Origin: Macrostomum lignano
Taxonomy: Eukaryota
Direction of reading: 5' to 3'
NCBI GenBank assembly: GCA_002269645.1
Contig: NIVC01004126.1
Span: 1 to 59,028 of the forward strand
DNA: 59,028 bases
In this document: in pieces, positions 1-12,280 of the stretch
Numbering within the stretch: position 1 is the stretch's first letter
Layout of the letters: each line of letters opens with the position of its first letter
Program-made: the position numbers and the translations under genes
The notes under the pieces: generated by a model
Database searches by the model: none
Told to the model about the DNA's origin: nothing
Seen by the model: only the letters and a program-made list of their open reading frames with translations

Positions 1-14
1 CAAACTTTGCTGCC

Positions 15-614
15 ATGCCGAAGTTTTACTGCGACTACTGCGACACCTTCCTGACGCACGACTCGCGTTCGGTGCGCAAGACGCACTGCAGCGGCCGGCA
101 CCACCGGGATGCAGTTCGCATGTACTACCAGAAATGGCTGGAGGAGCAGGTGCAGAAGCTGGTTGACAACACAACCGCGCGTTCAAGTCCGGCGCTGCCA
201 GGCCTGGCCGCGGCCCGCCCATGTCCATGCCGCCGCCGCCGCCTACCTCTGCCGGATTCCACCAGGCTCCGCCGTCGCTGCCGCCGCCGCCGATGCCTCC
301 GGTGCGCGCGGCGGCCCGCCAGCCGGGGCGATGATCCCCCGCCGGTGAGCCTCGGCCACCACCAGCAGCCGCCGCATCACCATCCGTACGGCGCCGGCCC
401 GCCGCCCGCTTCCGCGGTGGCCCGCCGCCGCCTCCGTCTGGCGTGGCCGGTGGCGGCCTCGGCGGCATTGGGGGACACCGGATGCCGCCCATGCTGGGGC
501 CGCCCAGGGGCTTCCCGCCCAGGCACGGCCCGATGGGCGGCGGCCTGCCGCCTCACGCATGCGCTGATGGCGCAGATTGAAAAAGAATTCGCAAGTCTCT
601 ACTTTGTACAGTAG
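15..614 (+). CDS. SNRPC: U1 small nuclear ribonucleoprotein C (U1-C); intronless, Pro-rich tail apparently frameshifted
   Basis: N-terminus [39 protein letters not shown] is the U1-C matrin-type zinc finger. The expected continuation (TTAAF.., [24 protein letters not shown]) is spread over all three frames after ~180. The likely true stop is near 565-567. Confidence 0.93.
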   Translation: MPKFYCDYCDTFLTHDSRSVRKTHCSGRHHRDAVRMYYQKWLEEQVQKLVDNTTARSSPALPGLAAARPCPCRRRRLPLPDSTRLRRRCRRRRCLRCARRPASRGDDPPPVSLGHHQQPPHHHPYGAGPPPASAVARRRLRLAWPVAASAALGDTGCRPCWGRPGASRPGTARWAAACRLTHALMAQIEKEFASLYFVQ

Positions 615-952
615 TATGCTAAGCTGATTATTAGGCTTAAGTTTTTTAAAGACAAAACAAGCATCTTGTTCCGTTTGTTTGTTCCCATTATCCGTCGGGA
701 GTTGAGTGTAGTGTAAAAATTATGCAATTCCTACCCTAACCCTGCAAGCTTATTCTGTGCAAGTTTTAAATAATTTTTTGCATGAAATCGTAAAATATAT
801 TAGCAAGGCTTCAGTCAGTGTTGCTAGGCAACCGCTATTTAAGGCTTTTTACTTCCATTTGTTTTAGTTGTACTTGCTGTAGCTCTGAAATTGCATTTTT
901 CAGCTCTGTGGGTGAAAGTTTTAGTGCATTTTCATGGATGAGTTGGCTTTTG

Positions 953-1660
953 CATTCTGACTGTTGAGATATGCATTGGCCTAGGGATGAGATCTATAGC
1001 ATTCTGACTGTTAAGATATGCATTGGCCTAGGGGTGAGATCTATAGCATTCTGACTGTTAAGATATGCATTGGCCTAGGGGTGAGATCTATAGCATTCTG
1101 GGTAATGAGATAATGCATAGGCCTAGGTGGTGAGATCTATAGCATTCTGGCTAATAAGATAATGCATAGCCCTAGGGGGGTGAGATCTATAGCATTCTAG
1201 CTAATGAGATAATGCATAGGCCTAGGGGTGAGATCTATAGCATTCTAGCTAATGAGATAATGCATAGGCCTAGGGGGGTGAGATCTATAGCATTCTAGCT
1301 AATGAAATAATGCATAGGCCTAGGGGGTGAGATCTATAGCATTCTAGCTAATGAGATATGCATAGGCCTAGGTGGTGAGATCTATAGCATTCTAGCTAAT
1401 GAGATAATGCATAGGTCTAGGGGTGAGATCTATAGCATTCTAGCTAATGAGATAATGCATAGGCCTAGGGGGTGAGATCTATAGCATTCTAGCTAATGAG
1501 ATAATGCATAGGCCTAGGGGTGAGATCTATAGCATTCTAGCTAATGAGATAATGCATAGGCCTAGGGGTGAGATCTATAGCATTCTAGCTAATGAGATAA
1601 TGCATAGGCCTAGGTGGTGAGATCTATAGCATTCTGGCTAATGAGATAATGCATAGGTGT
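953..1660. repeat. ~48-52-bp tandem minisatellite (gcattctagctaatgagataatgcataggcctaggggtgagatctata)
   Basis: Directly visible tandem units with variable G-run. Confidence 0.95.
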
Positions 1661-1732
1661 AGGGGATTTAGGCGTTCTGTGGTGCAATCAAGCCTTGGCA
1701 ACCCTCATCCCCGCCATCTGGTGCATGCCGCA

Positions 1733-2119
1733 ATGCCGAAGGTGCCACGCCGGTCCAACCTGAAGGGCAAGAAGAAGAAGCAGACCAGCAAGTTCGTGCT
1801 GGACTGCACGCACCCCGTTGAGGACGGCATCATGGACGTGGCAAGCTTTGAGAAGTTCCTCACCGAGCGCATCAAGGTGCAGGGCAAGACCAACAACCTG
1901 CAGAACCTGGTGAACGTTGAGCGCAACAAGAGCAAGGTGACGGTCACAGCCGACATCCCGTTCTCCAAGCGGTACCTCAAGTACCTGACCAAGAAGTACC
2001 TGAAGAAGAACTCGCTGCGCGACTGGCTGCGGGTGGTCGCCTCCAACCGGGAGACCTTCGAGCTGCGCTACTTCAACATCAACAGCGAGGAGGCGGACGA
2101 GGACGCTGGCGAGGACTGA
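1733..2119 (+). CDS. RPL22: 60S ribosomal protein L22 (eL22), intronless CDS
   Basis: [69 protein letters not shown] is the eL22 family signature; ATG at 1733. Confidence 0.97.
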   Translation: MPKVPRRSNLKGKKKKQTSKFVLDCTHPVEDGIMDVASFEKFLTERIKVQGKTNNLQNLVNVERNKSKVTVTADIPFSKRYLKYLTKKYLKKNSLRDWLRVVASNRETFELRYFNINSEEADEDAGED

Positions 2120-2500
2120 TTTGAAAGACTTGATGTTGCTGACTGGGGCATGCGTGTGCTAGCAGAGTTTGAGTGAGCATCGTCTTGATAATATACTGGG
2201 GTGCTTCATTCGCACCTGTGAGCCTGTTGTCCGCCTTGCGCTGCACTGCCGCTGGCGTGGATTCAATTTCACTCGAGTTCCTTCCCGCTTATTTATTTCC
2301 AGAGTAGCCAGCAGCCCCGCCTAGTCCGCTGTAAACTTTAGATTGCTTAGCCAGGCATGCGCGTGAAAAACTTGACACATTTGCATGCCGACTGAGTATT
2401 CAGAGAATGCACCGTAATAATTTTGCTGCTTTTGACAATTGGGCTAATAATGTATGCTTATAACAGTGTTGCTTATTGAATCACTGTTGGGACATCAAGC

Positions 2501-2909
2501 TTGGACCATTTGGCCATTGGGACACTGTCAGCTGCAGCATGTGCTTTGACCATTTGGACCATTGGGACACTGTCAGCTGCAGCATGTGCTTTGACCATTT
2601 GGACCATTGGGACACTGTCAGCTGCAGCATGTGCTTTGACCATTTGGACCATTGGGACACTGTCAGCTGCAGCATGTGCTTTGACCATTTGGACCATTGG
2701 GACACTGTCAGCTGCAGCATGTGCTTTGACCATTTGGACCATTGGGACACTGTCAGCTGCAGCATGTGCTTTGACCATTTGGACCATTGGGACACTGTCA
2801 GCTGCAGCATGTGCTTTGACCATTTGGACCATTGGGACACTGTCAGCTGCAGCATGTGCTTTGACCACTTGGATTATTGGGACACTGTCAGCTGCAGCAT
2901 GTGCTTTGA
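2501..2909. repeat. 42-bp tandem array (gaccatttggaccattgggacactgtcagctgcagcatgtgcttt-type)
   Basis: Near-perfect units; explains the 14-aa periodic ORFs. Confidence 0.95.
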
Positions 2910-4509
2910 TCGAAGGACAGGATGCATCATGTACATCAACTATTGAATAGCATTGAACTGGGCGATAGTGCAAGCAATTTACAGCTCAGAGCCCGGCAAG
3001 TGAAGGCAACGTCATCTGCCTTCAGTTTGTAAAAAACTCCCCTCAAAAACAAAAACATGCAGGATGCAGTTCCAATTAATGCTGAGGTGCGCAGGGGAAG
3101 GGAGCTTCTGTCACCCCTGGCAGTTTAGATATTTTTTATTTCCCATCCCTGATAGCTGTTGGCATCGCTTGCCTGCACGGGTTTGCCAGTTTATTGCCCA
3201 CAGACCCGCAGAGGCAATTCAATTTGCTCAGAGTTAATTAGCAAGCCTGTTACTAATCGATGCAGTCACTCAATTGTCAGAACGGGGCGGTCGAAAGGCA
3301 TGCATTAAGCAATCTTCCACAGAATTCTCAGGTCCCTCATACCCAAATTAGCATTTTCCCAGGCTCAGTAGTTTATCAGTTTTATTGTCCAGCTCAAACT
3401 TGGAAAAATTCAGCTATCCATTTAGCGAATTGGCTTAAGTTTAAATCGGCTGCTTTATGGGCAGCTACCTGCTTCGTATCATTTTTGTGGATTGAGCTGT
3501 CACTGATGCCATCAACTGATCATCGTCAATTTGCTGCGTTTTTTGCGTGAAATGCAGGAGACGATGATGATGCGAGAGAAGAGGATTGCGGGGTCGCACA
3601 AGGCAAAGCGCCCTGCTAAGCGAATACCAGAGAGACGCTGCGCTGCAGGTGGAGAGGAAGAGTCTGGATAAGGACGAGAGGACCAACTGTTTACTGATAT
3701 CTACGAGCGTATTAAGGAAGCGGTTTTGGTTCAATTCTTTTGAAAAGCTACATTCATCATCTTAGGCACCAGGGACTCGCAACTCCGCCCCTGCACGCCT
3801 TGATAAAACAAAAGGTTTAAGTTTCATACAAAGTTTCCTAACTCGCCTCCAACATCTGTTCGGTTTTTTATGAGAGGAAAGAATCCCCCTATTTATTAGT
3901 AGTAACAGTAATTATGCAAAAATTTGGAAAATTCAAGTTGATACAAAATGCCTGAGATTCTGCACTCACCCATATCATTTCTATATATCTTTCCCATCAC
4001 TAACTTGTCATGCACTCGTGCACGCGCTATAAATTAGAGTACCAGCTGAGGCACTCTGGCTGCAGTTGTGCCATTGTTGTGCCATTGTGCCATTGTAATG
4101 CACCTTGCATGCTCACCCCCTGCAGCTTGAGCAGTTCAGCTGCAATTATAAAAAGAATTAACTGCACAACAGTTTTGCCGTGTTCACCCGAATGAATGTT
4201 GAAATGTTTTTCGGATGGAAACTTTGTGGCTCGCTTTTTATTACTCTGTTACTCTGTTCTTTTACTCTCTGTCTGCTAGCAGGCCACGACACAGCCAAGT
4301 GATAGGCTTCTCTGAGTGAGCTGGCCAATGAGGGACAGCCGGGGGGTCATTATTCATAGCTAAGGACTGACTGACCCCAGCAGGAGCGATATAAGCCGGT
4401 GACCAAGCTTTCCTGCCATTTTTAATGCAAGCAAGCAACTGCATTCGCGTCGCAAAACTAAATTGACTAACTAGCTTCATTGGTTAACTTCTCAGCCGAG
4501 TTCTCAGCC

Positions 4510-7500
4510 ATGGGCAGCAGCTCTGGCGCACCGGAAGGACTCAGCTCGCCCGTGAAGCGGTTCTGCGGCTACACCACCGCCCACGGGCTGGGCCGCTTCT
4601 CCGAGCAGTCCAACCTCATCGGCAGGGTGATCTGGGTCTCCTTCCTGCTCGCCACCTACAGCGGCTTTGCCTACCACCTGTCCACCCTGTTCGAGAGGTT
4701 TCTGCAGGCTCCGGTGCTCACTAAAATGACCGTGTCCACTCTACAGTTCGAGTTCCCGGATGTGTACATCTGCCCAACTAACGCCGTTACCATGAGCAGG
4801 ATTTTTAAAAAGCTGCCCCAAAACGAGGTCACCTTTGGCGAGTTCTTCTTAAAGAAAAGCGTCGAGGAAAAAATCGGAATTTACTCGTTTGATCTCTCCA
4901 GCGGACGGTACGATTTGGAGCTGAACGACATGACGAAGGCTTTGCTGAGCGTTCTGCACAGCATGGAGGAGATCATAATGTCTTACTTTCAGTTTTTCGA
5001 TATCGGTGAGTCCTCCTGACTGCTGTGAAGACAGCGCGCACTGTGCAGTCTGGACGAGTTGCTCTTCAAACCATTGCCCTGAACCCAATCCTAAAACGCA
5101 ATTTCATTTCTTCAGCCGACGCAGCCAAGTGTCGAAGAACGCCCTCTGGAGAAGAGTACTCCGGGAATGTGAGCTCAGCAGTTGTCTACGGATTCACCAC
5201 TATGACTGTGACGTCCATCAACACTTCGGCGTTCACGCCCAGTCCGTACAGAGGCGTCAAGCAGTGCATGAGGTGGAACGATGCAGCTCAAAAACTGCTG
5301 AGCCTCGGCGAAAGTGGCCTGGCTAACAGACTGCTGGCGCTGAACTTTTCAGACAGCGAGTCCCGGTGCCGCTCGCCGCCTGGGCTGCCTCTGTCTGAGT
5401 TCTTTCCTATCGCTAGCCGTGAGTTTCCATCTGTTTGTCCGATTTGTTTGTCTCGATCAGGTCACACGGATGGAGATTTCCGGTCCTGCCAACACCACAG
5501 GCTCGGTGTTTCGGCACGCCGGCTGCCTTCCCCTTGCGCTGACCAACTCGAGTTCGTTCAACTTCACCTGCTACCGGGGCGGCTTGAGCTCGCTCGAAAC
5601 CTGCGCTGAATGCTGCGGCAGGCGCAGCTTCCAGTACATGGCGATCAGCCGCCAGGACTGCTTCTGCGGGAGCAGCATTGGCGGCTACGAGAACAGCAGC
5701 AGCGTGTGCAACGCCTCCTGCCTCCACGACAATTCGGCAATCTGTGGATCGGAAACTGCCGTCACTGTTCTGCAGATTCGGGACAACGGTAGGTGGGATA
5801 GTCGGAGAGCGGGTTAGAGATTGGTTGCTACTCAAAAGTAGCTCAATAAAACCGATAAGTTGACGACCTGGGACAGATTTTTTATGGTCACTTGTATATT
5901 GCTGGCAAAATCAGGTCATTCTGCAGACTCGTAACTCGCAGCTCAAGGCACGCATTCCACTTTGTAGGCAGCAGGCCGTTGCACGTCGCAAACTTCAGCG
6001 ACCTGGACGCAATCTCCAGCGGGCCCTACTGCTTTTTCGCGGATGAGCTGAGCGACAAGCTGAACGCTGCATTCTGCGAAATTCCCTACTGCCGTGAGTT
6101 TCCAACATGTTGCCTGACTTTTCCTTTCAAAGACGACTTCGATTCGTGAATGAAATACTTGACGTTCCATCGCTCAATCCAGAAATTTCGAGAACCTACG
6201 ACTGCATCGTGAGCTCCGAGGACAAGCTGACTCAGCAGCAAAGGCTGTCGCGCTACACCGGACGTCGGAACGTCACCAGCACTGGCCGGCGGTGCATGCC
6301 CTGGAGTCAGCTGTCCACAATTGAGCAAGTTCTCAAGGCGCGCCGCGGTAAGAGCTTCGATTGCATTGCTCACCTGTGCCGCTGGCAAATTTAATTTCGC
6401 CTGACCGAACCAGTCAAATTCCAATTTAGGTTCGGAAGTTGGCTTCATGGACGAAGTGCGGGAAATGCTTATCCAGACTCCGGACAGGCTTGAAGGCGAG
6501 AGCGACAATTACTGCCGTCCAGTTAGCGTTGTGGTCGATTCTGTCAACATCCACGGGCCCAAGGACTTCCAGTAAGCTTCGTATTGCATCGCAAGTAGCG
6601 TATGTGTGCTTGTTGCAGCGCTCCAAAATCTTTCCTATTATTTTTAGGCGGTTTAGCGCCATCGATTCGGAGGTTCCTGTGTGCATTCCGGAAGATTTCT
6701 GGGCCAACATTCCGTCCATTACGATAAAATTTGGCTACCTGTTTAACATGATCTTTCAGACCTGTAACGTGCCACTCTGTTGTGAGTTGCGCAAGTGACA
6801 ATTGAGCTGGATCTGTTTCTCGGTTATTATTTATTATTATATTCTAGGCATTGTTTTCAGTGCATTCTGTACCGAATGAATTTCTTTAGACACCGAGGTC
6901 CCCAGCGTGACAGCCACAATCAGAGACTCCGTCGGTGAGCACCTGCTGGCCCGACAGTTCGGCAGCGACCTCAACGCCGGCCTCACCGAGTGCAGCTTCG
7001 CTGGCCAGAAGTGCACCAAGGACGACTTTTTGAACGTCGCCCACCCGCAGCTGGGCATGTGCCACAAGTTTCTCAAGCAGCGCTTCACCGCCAACATGAC
7101 CAGCACGCAGTTGGCGGAGAGCCAGCTGTCCATCAAGTACTTCACGGACTCGACAGACTCCAAGGGTCAGACGGTGTCCAACATCGACAAGCTGACGCGG
7201 GTAGTGCGAGACAGCCGCGGCTCCGATGCGACTCAGGTCGCATTCAAGGTGAGTCTTCGTCGGTCGCTGAGCGTCTCAGTGTCTCACGCAATCTCTGAGC
7301 CTGGCTGCTCAACCGCGAACCCGCAGGCGGTCATCGTCCCGGATAGCTCGTTCCCGTGGGCCTCGAACGGCGTCAATGTGGCCACCGCTCAGCGCATGGA
7401 CGTGCATCTTAGATTCGACAAGTACTCCAGACTGTCCACCTCATCGAGGCCTTGCCTTGAGACTACGGAGCCGATCACCTACCGACTGCCGTCATGGAAG

Positions 7501-8723
7501 CTGTTTACGTCAAATGAGGACTCTGGGTAAAGAAAGCAAAAAGTTTTATTTCCTTATCTTTAGTCTGCAATATTGTAAATATCAAAGCTGTTTAAAACTA
7601 AAAATTTGCTTCCAGCGTCAACTCGGATGCGCAGGAAATTATGCGATCTTCCAACTGGACGCTGAAGCTGTCTATGTTGCGCAACGCGCTGCTTAAACTG
7701 AACGGCTCAAGGTAAGATTTTGCATAAAACCCTCCTTTTTCGCGCTTCTCTGCTTCTGGGAATTTCAGCATGTCAAATCGAATTTTGCAATAATTTTAAT
7801 CTCCATGACTTCAGCGCACTGACAGTCTCGGGTAGTCAGTTCAAAGTCTCGGACAGAGAGAACTGCGTCAACACTTATGTTGTCGAAAAATTCACCAACA
7901 CCTGCCGATGCCTGCCGGGGATGCTGCCCATTCAAGAAGAGCGGTTCAAAAAGCTCAGCTACTGCTTCGACATGTACTCAAGGGGAAACATTTCGGCCAA
8001 CACTGAGAAGTGCTACATTGAGCAGTTGTCGAAGATCACGCAGTACCATTTTGAAGCCATGAACGAATGCAAGTCGCCCTGCAGCAAGACCGACTTCAGC
8101 ACCCGCTACATCACCTACCCGTGGCCGAACTTGCTCTCGGTGCAGTCTCTCGACTTTCTGAAGAAGTTGGCCTCCGACTTTGGCTATCGACACGATATCA
8201 GCTTGATGAGAGGCGCCTCAAGCATCTACTACCTTTACCTTAAGGCTCAGAACCTCTCGGACACTCCCGTCATCAACCGGAGCACCGAGGCAATTCAGAG
8301 CTTCGAAAGCGAGCTGGCGGCGTTGCAGAACCGCCTGGCTCAGCTGACGGTCCAGGCCTGGCAGTCCCGTGGCCACGAAGTCTCAGAGGAGGAGGCCTAC
8401 CCAGCCAAGAACCTGGTGGCCGACATCGGGGGTAAGTGGTCCAGGTTGATCATGCTCAACAGGTGTATCAGTATTGAAAAACCGTTAATACAAAATGAAT
8501 TTCAGGAGCTCTGGGTCTCTGGTCCGGCATCTCAATCCTAACTATCTGCGAGCTGCTGGAGCTCTTCATCTACCTGGGACAGGCGCTGGCTGCCAGAGTG
8601 CAGGCGCAGTCCCGGATGCAGTCAAAAAACGCCGACGGTCAGCCCGAAGAGTCGGCCAGGCCGGAGTCAGAGATGGTCGCGCTCGATACGGACGCAGTAA
8701 GGCATAATAATGCTCAAGTCTGA
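4510..8723 (+). CDS. DEG/ENaC channel subunit with kringle-WSC-kringle insertion (paralog 1, ~1047 aa)
   Basis: Phase-consistent GT-AG exons: 4510-5005, 5116-5418, 5501-5788, 5968-6093, 6183-6347, 6430-6571, 6648-6781, 6890-7248, 7327-7526, 7616-7711, 7815-8431, 8506-8723. Motifs: TTAHG (HG motif), TM1, FPDVYIC, CSFAGQKC..DF..HPQLGMCHKF, Cys-rich thumb, EEEAY..LVADIGGALGLWSGISILTICELLELF (TM2). Confidence 0.92.
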
Positions 8724-9039
8724 GCCTCCCAATCCCTTGTGCGGCCTCCATTCTTGTAAATCTCTCTAAAGCTGTTAGTTTTGGGTCCTCCCAAGTTGTT
8801 TAACCTTTGTCACCGCCAGCACATTAAACAGAGCCGCAAACATTGAGGATACCCTGACTTTGCGCTGCCCTCACCTAACCTGGAAGTCCCTGGGAACAAG
8901 CTTTCAAACTAAAGTTTTCACATAAATTTTAAGCACCAATTTCTTTGCGGGTCCCAGATTGCATATCTTAGGACTTAGGACAACAATAAGTGAGAATTCC
9001 ATCTTTTCACTTTCTGTTGGCATCTCGACAAGTCTAATT

Positions 9040-9210
9040 TTGTTTGAGAACTTGAGAATGCATGAGAATGCATGAGAATGCATGAGAATGCATGAGAATG
9101 CATGAGAATGCATGAGAATACTTGAGAATACTTGAGAATGCATGAGAATGCAAGAGAATGCATGAGAATGCATGAGAATGCATGAGAATGCATGAGAATA
9201 CTTGAGAATG
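9040..9210. repeat. 10-bp microsatellite (gagaatgcat)n
   Basis: Visible tandem decamers. Confidence 0.95.
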
Positions 9211-10019
9211 CAGCAGTGTTGAACTCTGTTGCTGGAGGATGCAGTTGATTAAGCGAGGCATTGTGGACTGTGGTCTTTTGGCTGCCGAAATGAATGAAGT
9301 GCAAGTGACATTAATATGAAGCTTGGTTGTGGCGGTGCGAGCTTTATACAATTTAAAGTACTTTTCACATTGCCCGTGCATACTCGTGCATACATGCGTC
9401 AAGGTTATCTAGTGACAATAGCGGTTGTAGGATTGAGTTCACCAGCGGGACCTTCTTGGTTAAACCATTGGGAATGCAGTCGGGATCCCAAAACATATTT
9501 TAGAAAATCAATAGCTGCTAGTAATATTGCACTTGAAGCGTTTCCTGACGCCAGAGTTTGCAGCCAGCGTGCACACAATTGATCACCAAGCATATCCTGC
9601 CACATGTTGCACTAGCTGCTAGCGCAGGCCAATATTTGTCACTGAGCTCTTGAGCAGCGAACGGCGGCATATCTAGAGGGGAATTTCGGGAATCAGGGAT
9701 CAGAAATTGTTGGCCTTTGTGGGGAACCTCTGCATGCCACGTACGTTGCCAGAATGACCAATGGAGTGCCGTACCCAGGAGGCCTAATAGGCGTGGTGTC
9801 AATAGCTCGTATTTGGTGTCCTTAATTCTCATTGCCTATATGATTTTTTCATTTTAATATCAAATAATAATTTTGCCGTCAACTCAGATTGACTCGTTGA
9901 GATCCTTCACCAGGGGTCGGCAGACTCCCGCCCGCAAAGCCTCTCTATCCGGCCCTCGGTCCTTTAAAACTTCACAATAGCAATCCGACCTGCTCACGGT
10001 TTGTGTCTTCTCAGATCTC

Positions 10020-10170
10020 TTCTATCTAGTCTCCTCTGCCTCTTTTCTCTCATCTTATCTCTTCTCTTCTCGCTTTTTCTCTCTCATCTCCTCGTCTCTC
10101 CTCTCCTCTCCTTTCTCTTATCTCTCATCTCCCTTCTCTCTTCTCTATTCTCTCTCCTCTCTCCCCTCCT
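10020..10170. repeat. CT-rich low-complexity tract
   Basis: Nearly pure pyrimidine. Confidence 0.85.
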
Positions 10171-10929
10171 CTGGCCCGCATGTCTATCTTACAGGATGCT
10201 TACAGGTTTTTAGTGGCTCTCCCTACCCCTGTGTCCCAGGCGATGGATGCCCCGCCCAAGAGGTGACAAAATTTGAGCTCCTGTCGTAGAACTTGGTTGC
10301 CTCTTTCATTTAGTTCTTGGAAGCGGGAAATTTATGTAGGGGGCCGATGGGGGCCCTCTGCGTACACGCTGGACCCTCACTGGAGTTTTGCCCCACTATT
10401 TCATGGATTTTTGTGTGCCTTCCGTGTTCCATTCAGATTCAGGTGCAGCAAAGAGTGGCCAGCAGTTAAGATTGGCCCCCTTTTCTACAAAGCACTCGTA
10501 AGCAACTTGATAATTTTACTGTTAACTTTGAGCAACTCAACTAACCCCAGATTTTATGCACTCACCAAACCAGATTCAAAACTTTTATGAATGCACGTGT
10601 TATTATTTTTACTGCTACATGTAAGTGCAGCAGCACAGCATGCTCTCAGCTACTTGCACAACTGTTCTCTACACAATCGTCTCTCTTGATATTTCTTCGC
10701 GTACAACGCTTACCGTCTTATGCCTATTTTCACTTTAATAAAGCCTCTGAACGTCTTTAAAACAAATCTTAAAGTCGTCAAGTCACCCTATTTTGGTGCA
10801 AAGCACGGCTGCATCGTAAATCAAGTCTTGTCTGGCTACTTTATGCAATTAGTAAAATAAATAATGCAGGCACACATGAGCCTATGCGGTGGAAAGCTAT
10901 GACCAAGAACTGCTCAAGTAGGAGGATGA

Positions 10930-11480
10930 GAAACTGTCTCTTGGAAATTTTTGGAGTCAGGTTTTACCAAAACAACACAATACGGAGATTGGAGATTTTC
11001 GTTTCTTTGGCACAAATATTGTTATTCCTTGTGATAAAAGGCAGACCCTATGTTCATCTTTTGATATTTATTGCCTTTCTTATAACTGTTGTTGATATTC
11101 ATAGAGGTCTTTTCGTTTAGAAAATTAGGACTTTATGCTAATTGAATTTACGTAATTTATGAATCTATTTTCATTCTTAGCTTAATGAGTGTAACAGATT
11201 GATAAAACAGATTCATTATCATTAAAATAATCATTAAAACAGTTGATTTATGCCATTTTTAATGATTTTAGCCTTAAGACATGTAAGCATAGGATATAAA
11301 ATTACCATAGAATCCTAATATTTCTAAATGAAAAGCTCTATGAAAATCAAAAGATGAACATTGGGTCTGTCTCCTATCAAAAGTAATTACAACTCTTTGT
11401 GCTGAAAATATGAAAACCTCCAATCTTCGTAATGTATTTTTAGTAAAATCTGCCTCCTGAAATTTTCCAGGAAACGAAGT
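10930..11480. mobile_element. Degenerate fold-back/MITE-like palindromic element
   Basis: Arm ~10930-11190 aligns to the reverse complement of ~11270-11480 (e.g. gagattggagattttc..cagaccctatgttcatcttttgat vs gaagattggaggttttc..cagacccaatgttcatcttttgat). Confidence 0.65.
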
Positions 11481-11587
11481 AGAAGCACTTTGATCGAGAA
11501 CAGTTGGTTCCCTGTTTCGATCCTGTTTCAGGGGGCTCTGGACTGTGATCATACAGAGTGTACAGCGGCCCTGGCTTTCTCATCGTG

Positions 11588-11815
11588 GCGCGAGACAGCT
11601 TAGAGGTGACGTAACTGGCGCGAGACAGCTTAGAGGTGACGTAACTGTCTCGCGCGAGACAGCTTAGAGGTGACGTAACTGTCTCGCGCGAGACAGCTTA
11701 GAGGTGACATAACTGGCGCGAGACAGCTTAGAGGTGACGTAACTGGCGCGAGACAGCTTAGAGGTGACGTAACTGTCTCGCGCGAGACAGCTTAGAGGTG
11801 ACGTAACTGGCGCGG
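11588..11815. repeat. 30/35-bp tandem array (ggcgcgagacagcttagaggtgacgtaact)
   Basis: Two unit variants visible. Confidence 0.9.
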
Positions 11816-12280
11816 ACACATTGGCACAAAATTCAGACGCATGAAATTAATTTTTGAAATGAGCATAAACAAAAAATAAATTTGTTTAAGCGCGGAGCTA
11901 CCCCCCCCCCCGATGACTCCCTGCTCTGCACTGGCTAGAGCTGATCATCTGAGCCTCATACTGCCCATCCCAGAGCAGTCTGAGTCCAATGCTAGTGCGG
12001 CTTGGCAACATTTGTCTCTATTCTCTCTAAACTGCTTGACGGCTGCAGTGGAGTCGGGGGCAGCCGTACCAGAGCCAGTTAAACAAGCCAGCCGCCACAT
12101 TTGACATGTAGCAAAACCGAATCTCCGTCGGCGTGAGTTTAATGCGAATTGCATTTGTGTGCCATTTCAATGGCACTCTTCTCTCGGGCTCGTAACACAC
12201 ATGAATACTGTTTTACCCAGCTCTGAGTGAGGCGATGGCAGCTAGACCTCATTGAGCCAATCCAGGCATCACCTGAGCAG

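Noticed and set aside
3550-3760. Purine-rich + strand frame (MQETMMMREKRIAG..)
   Set aside because: No recognisable domain or convincing splice context
9400-9990. Possible transposon remnant (caggggtcggcagact resembles a hAT terminus at ~9910)
   Set aside because: No partner TIR, TSD or transposase motif found
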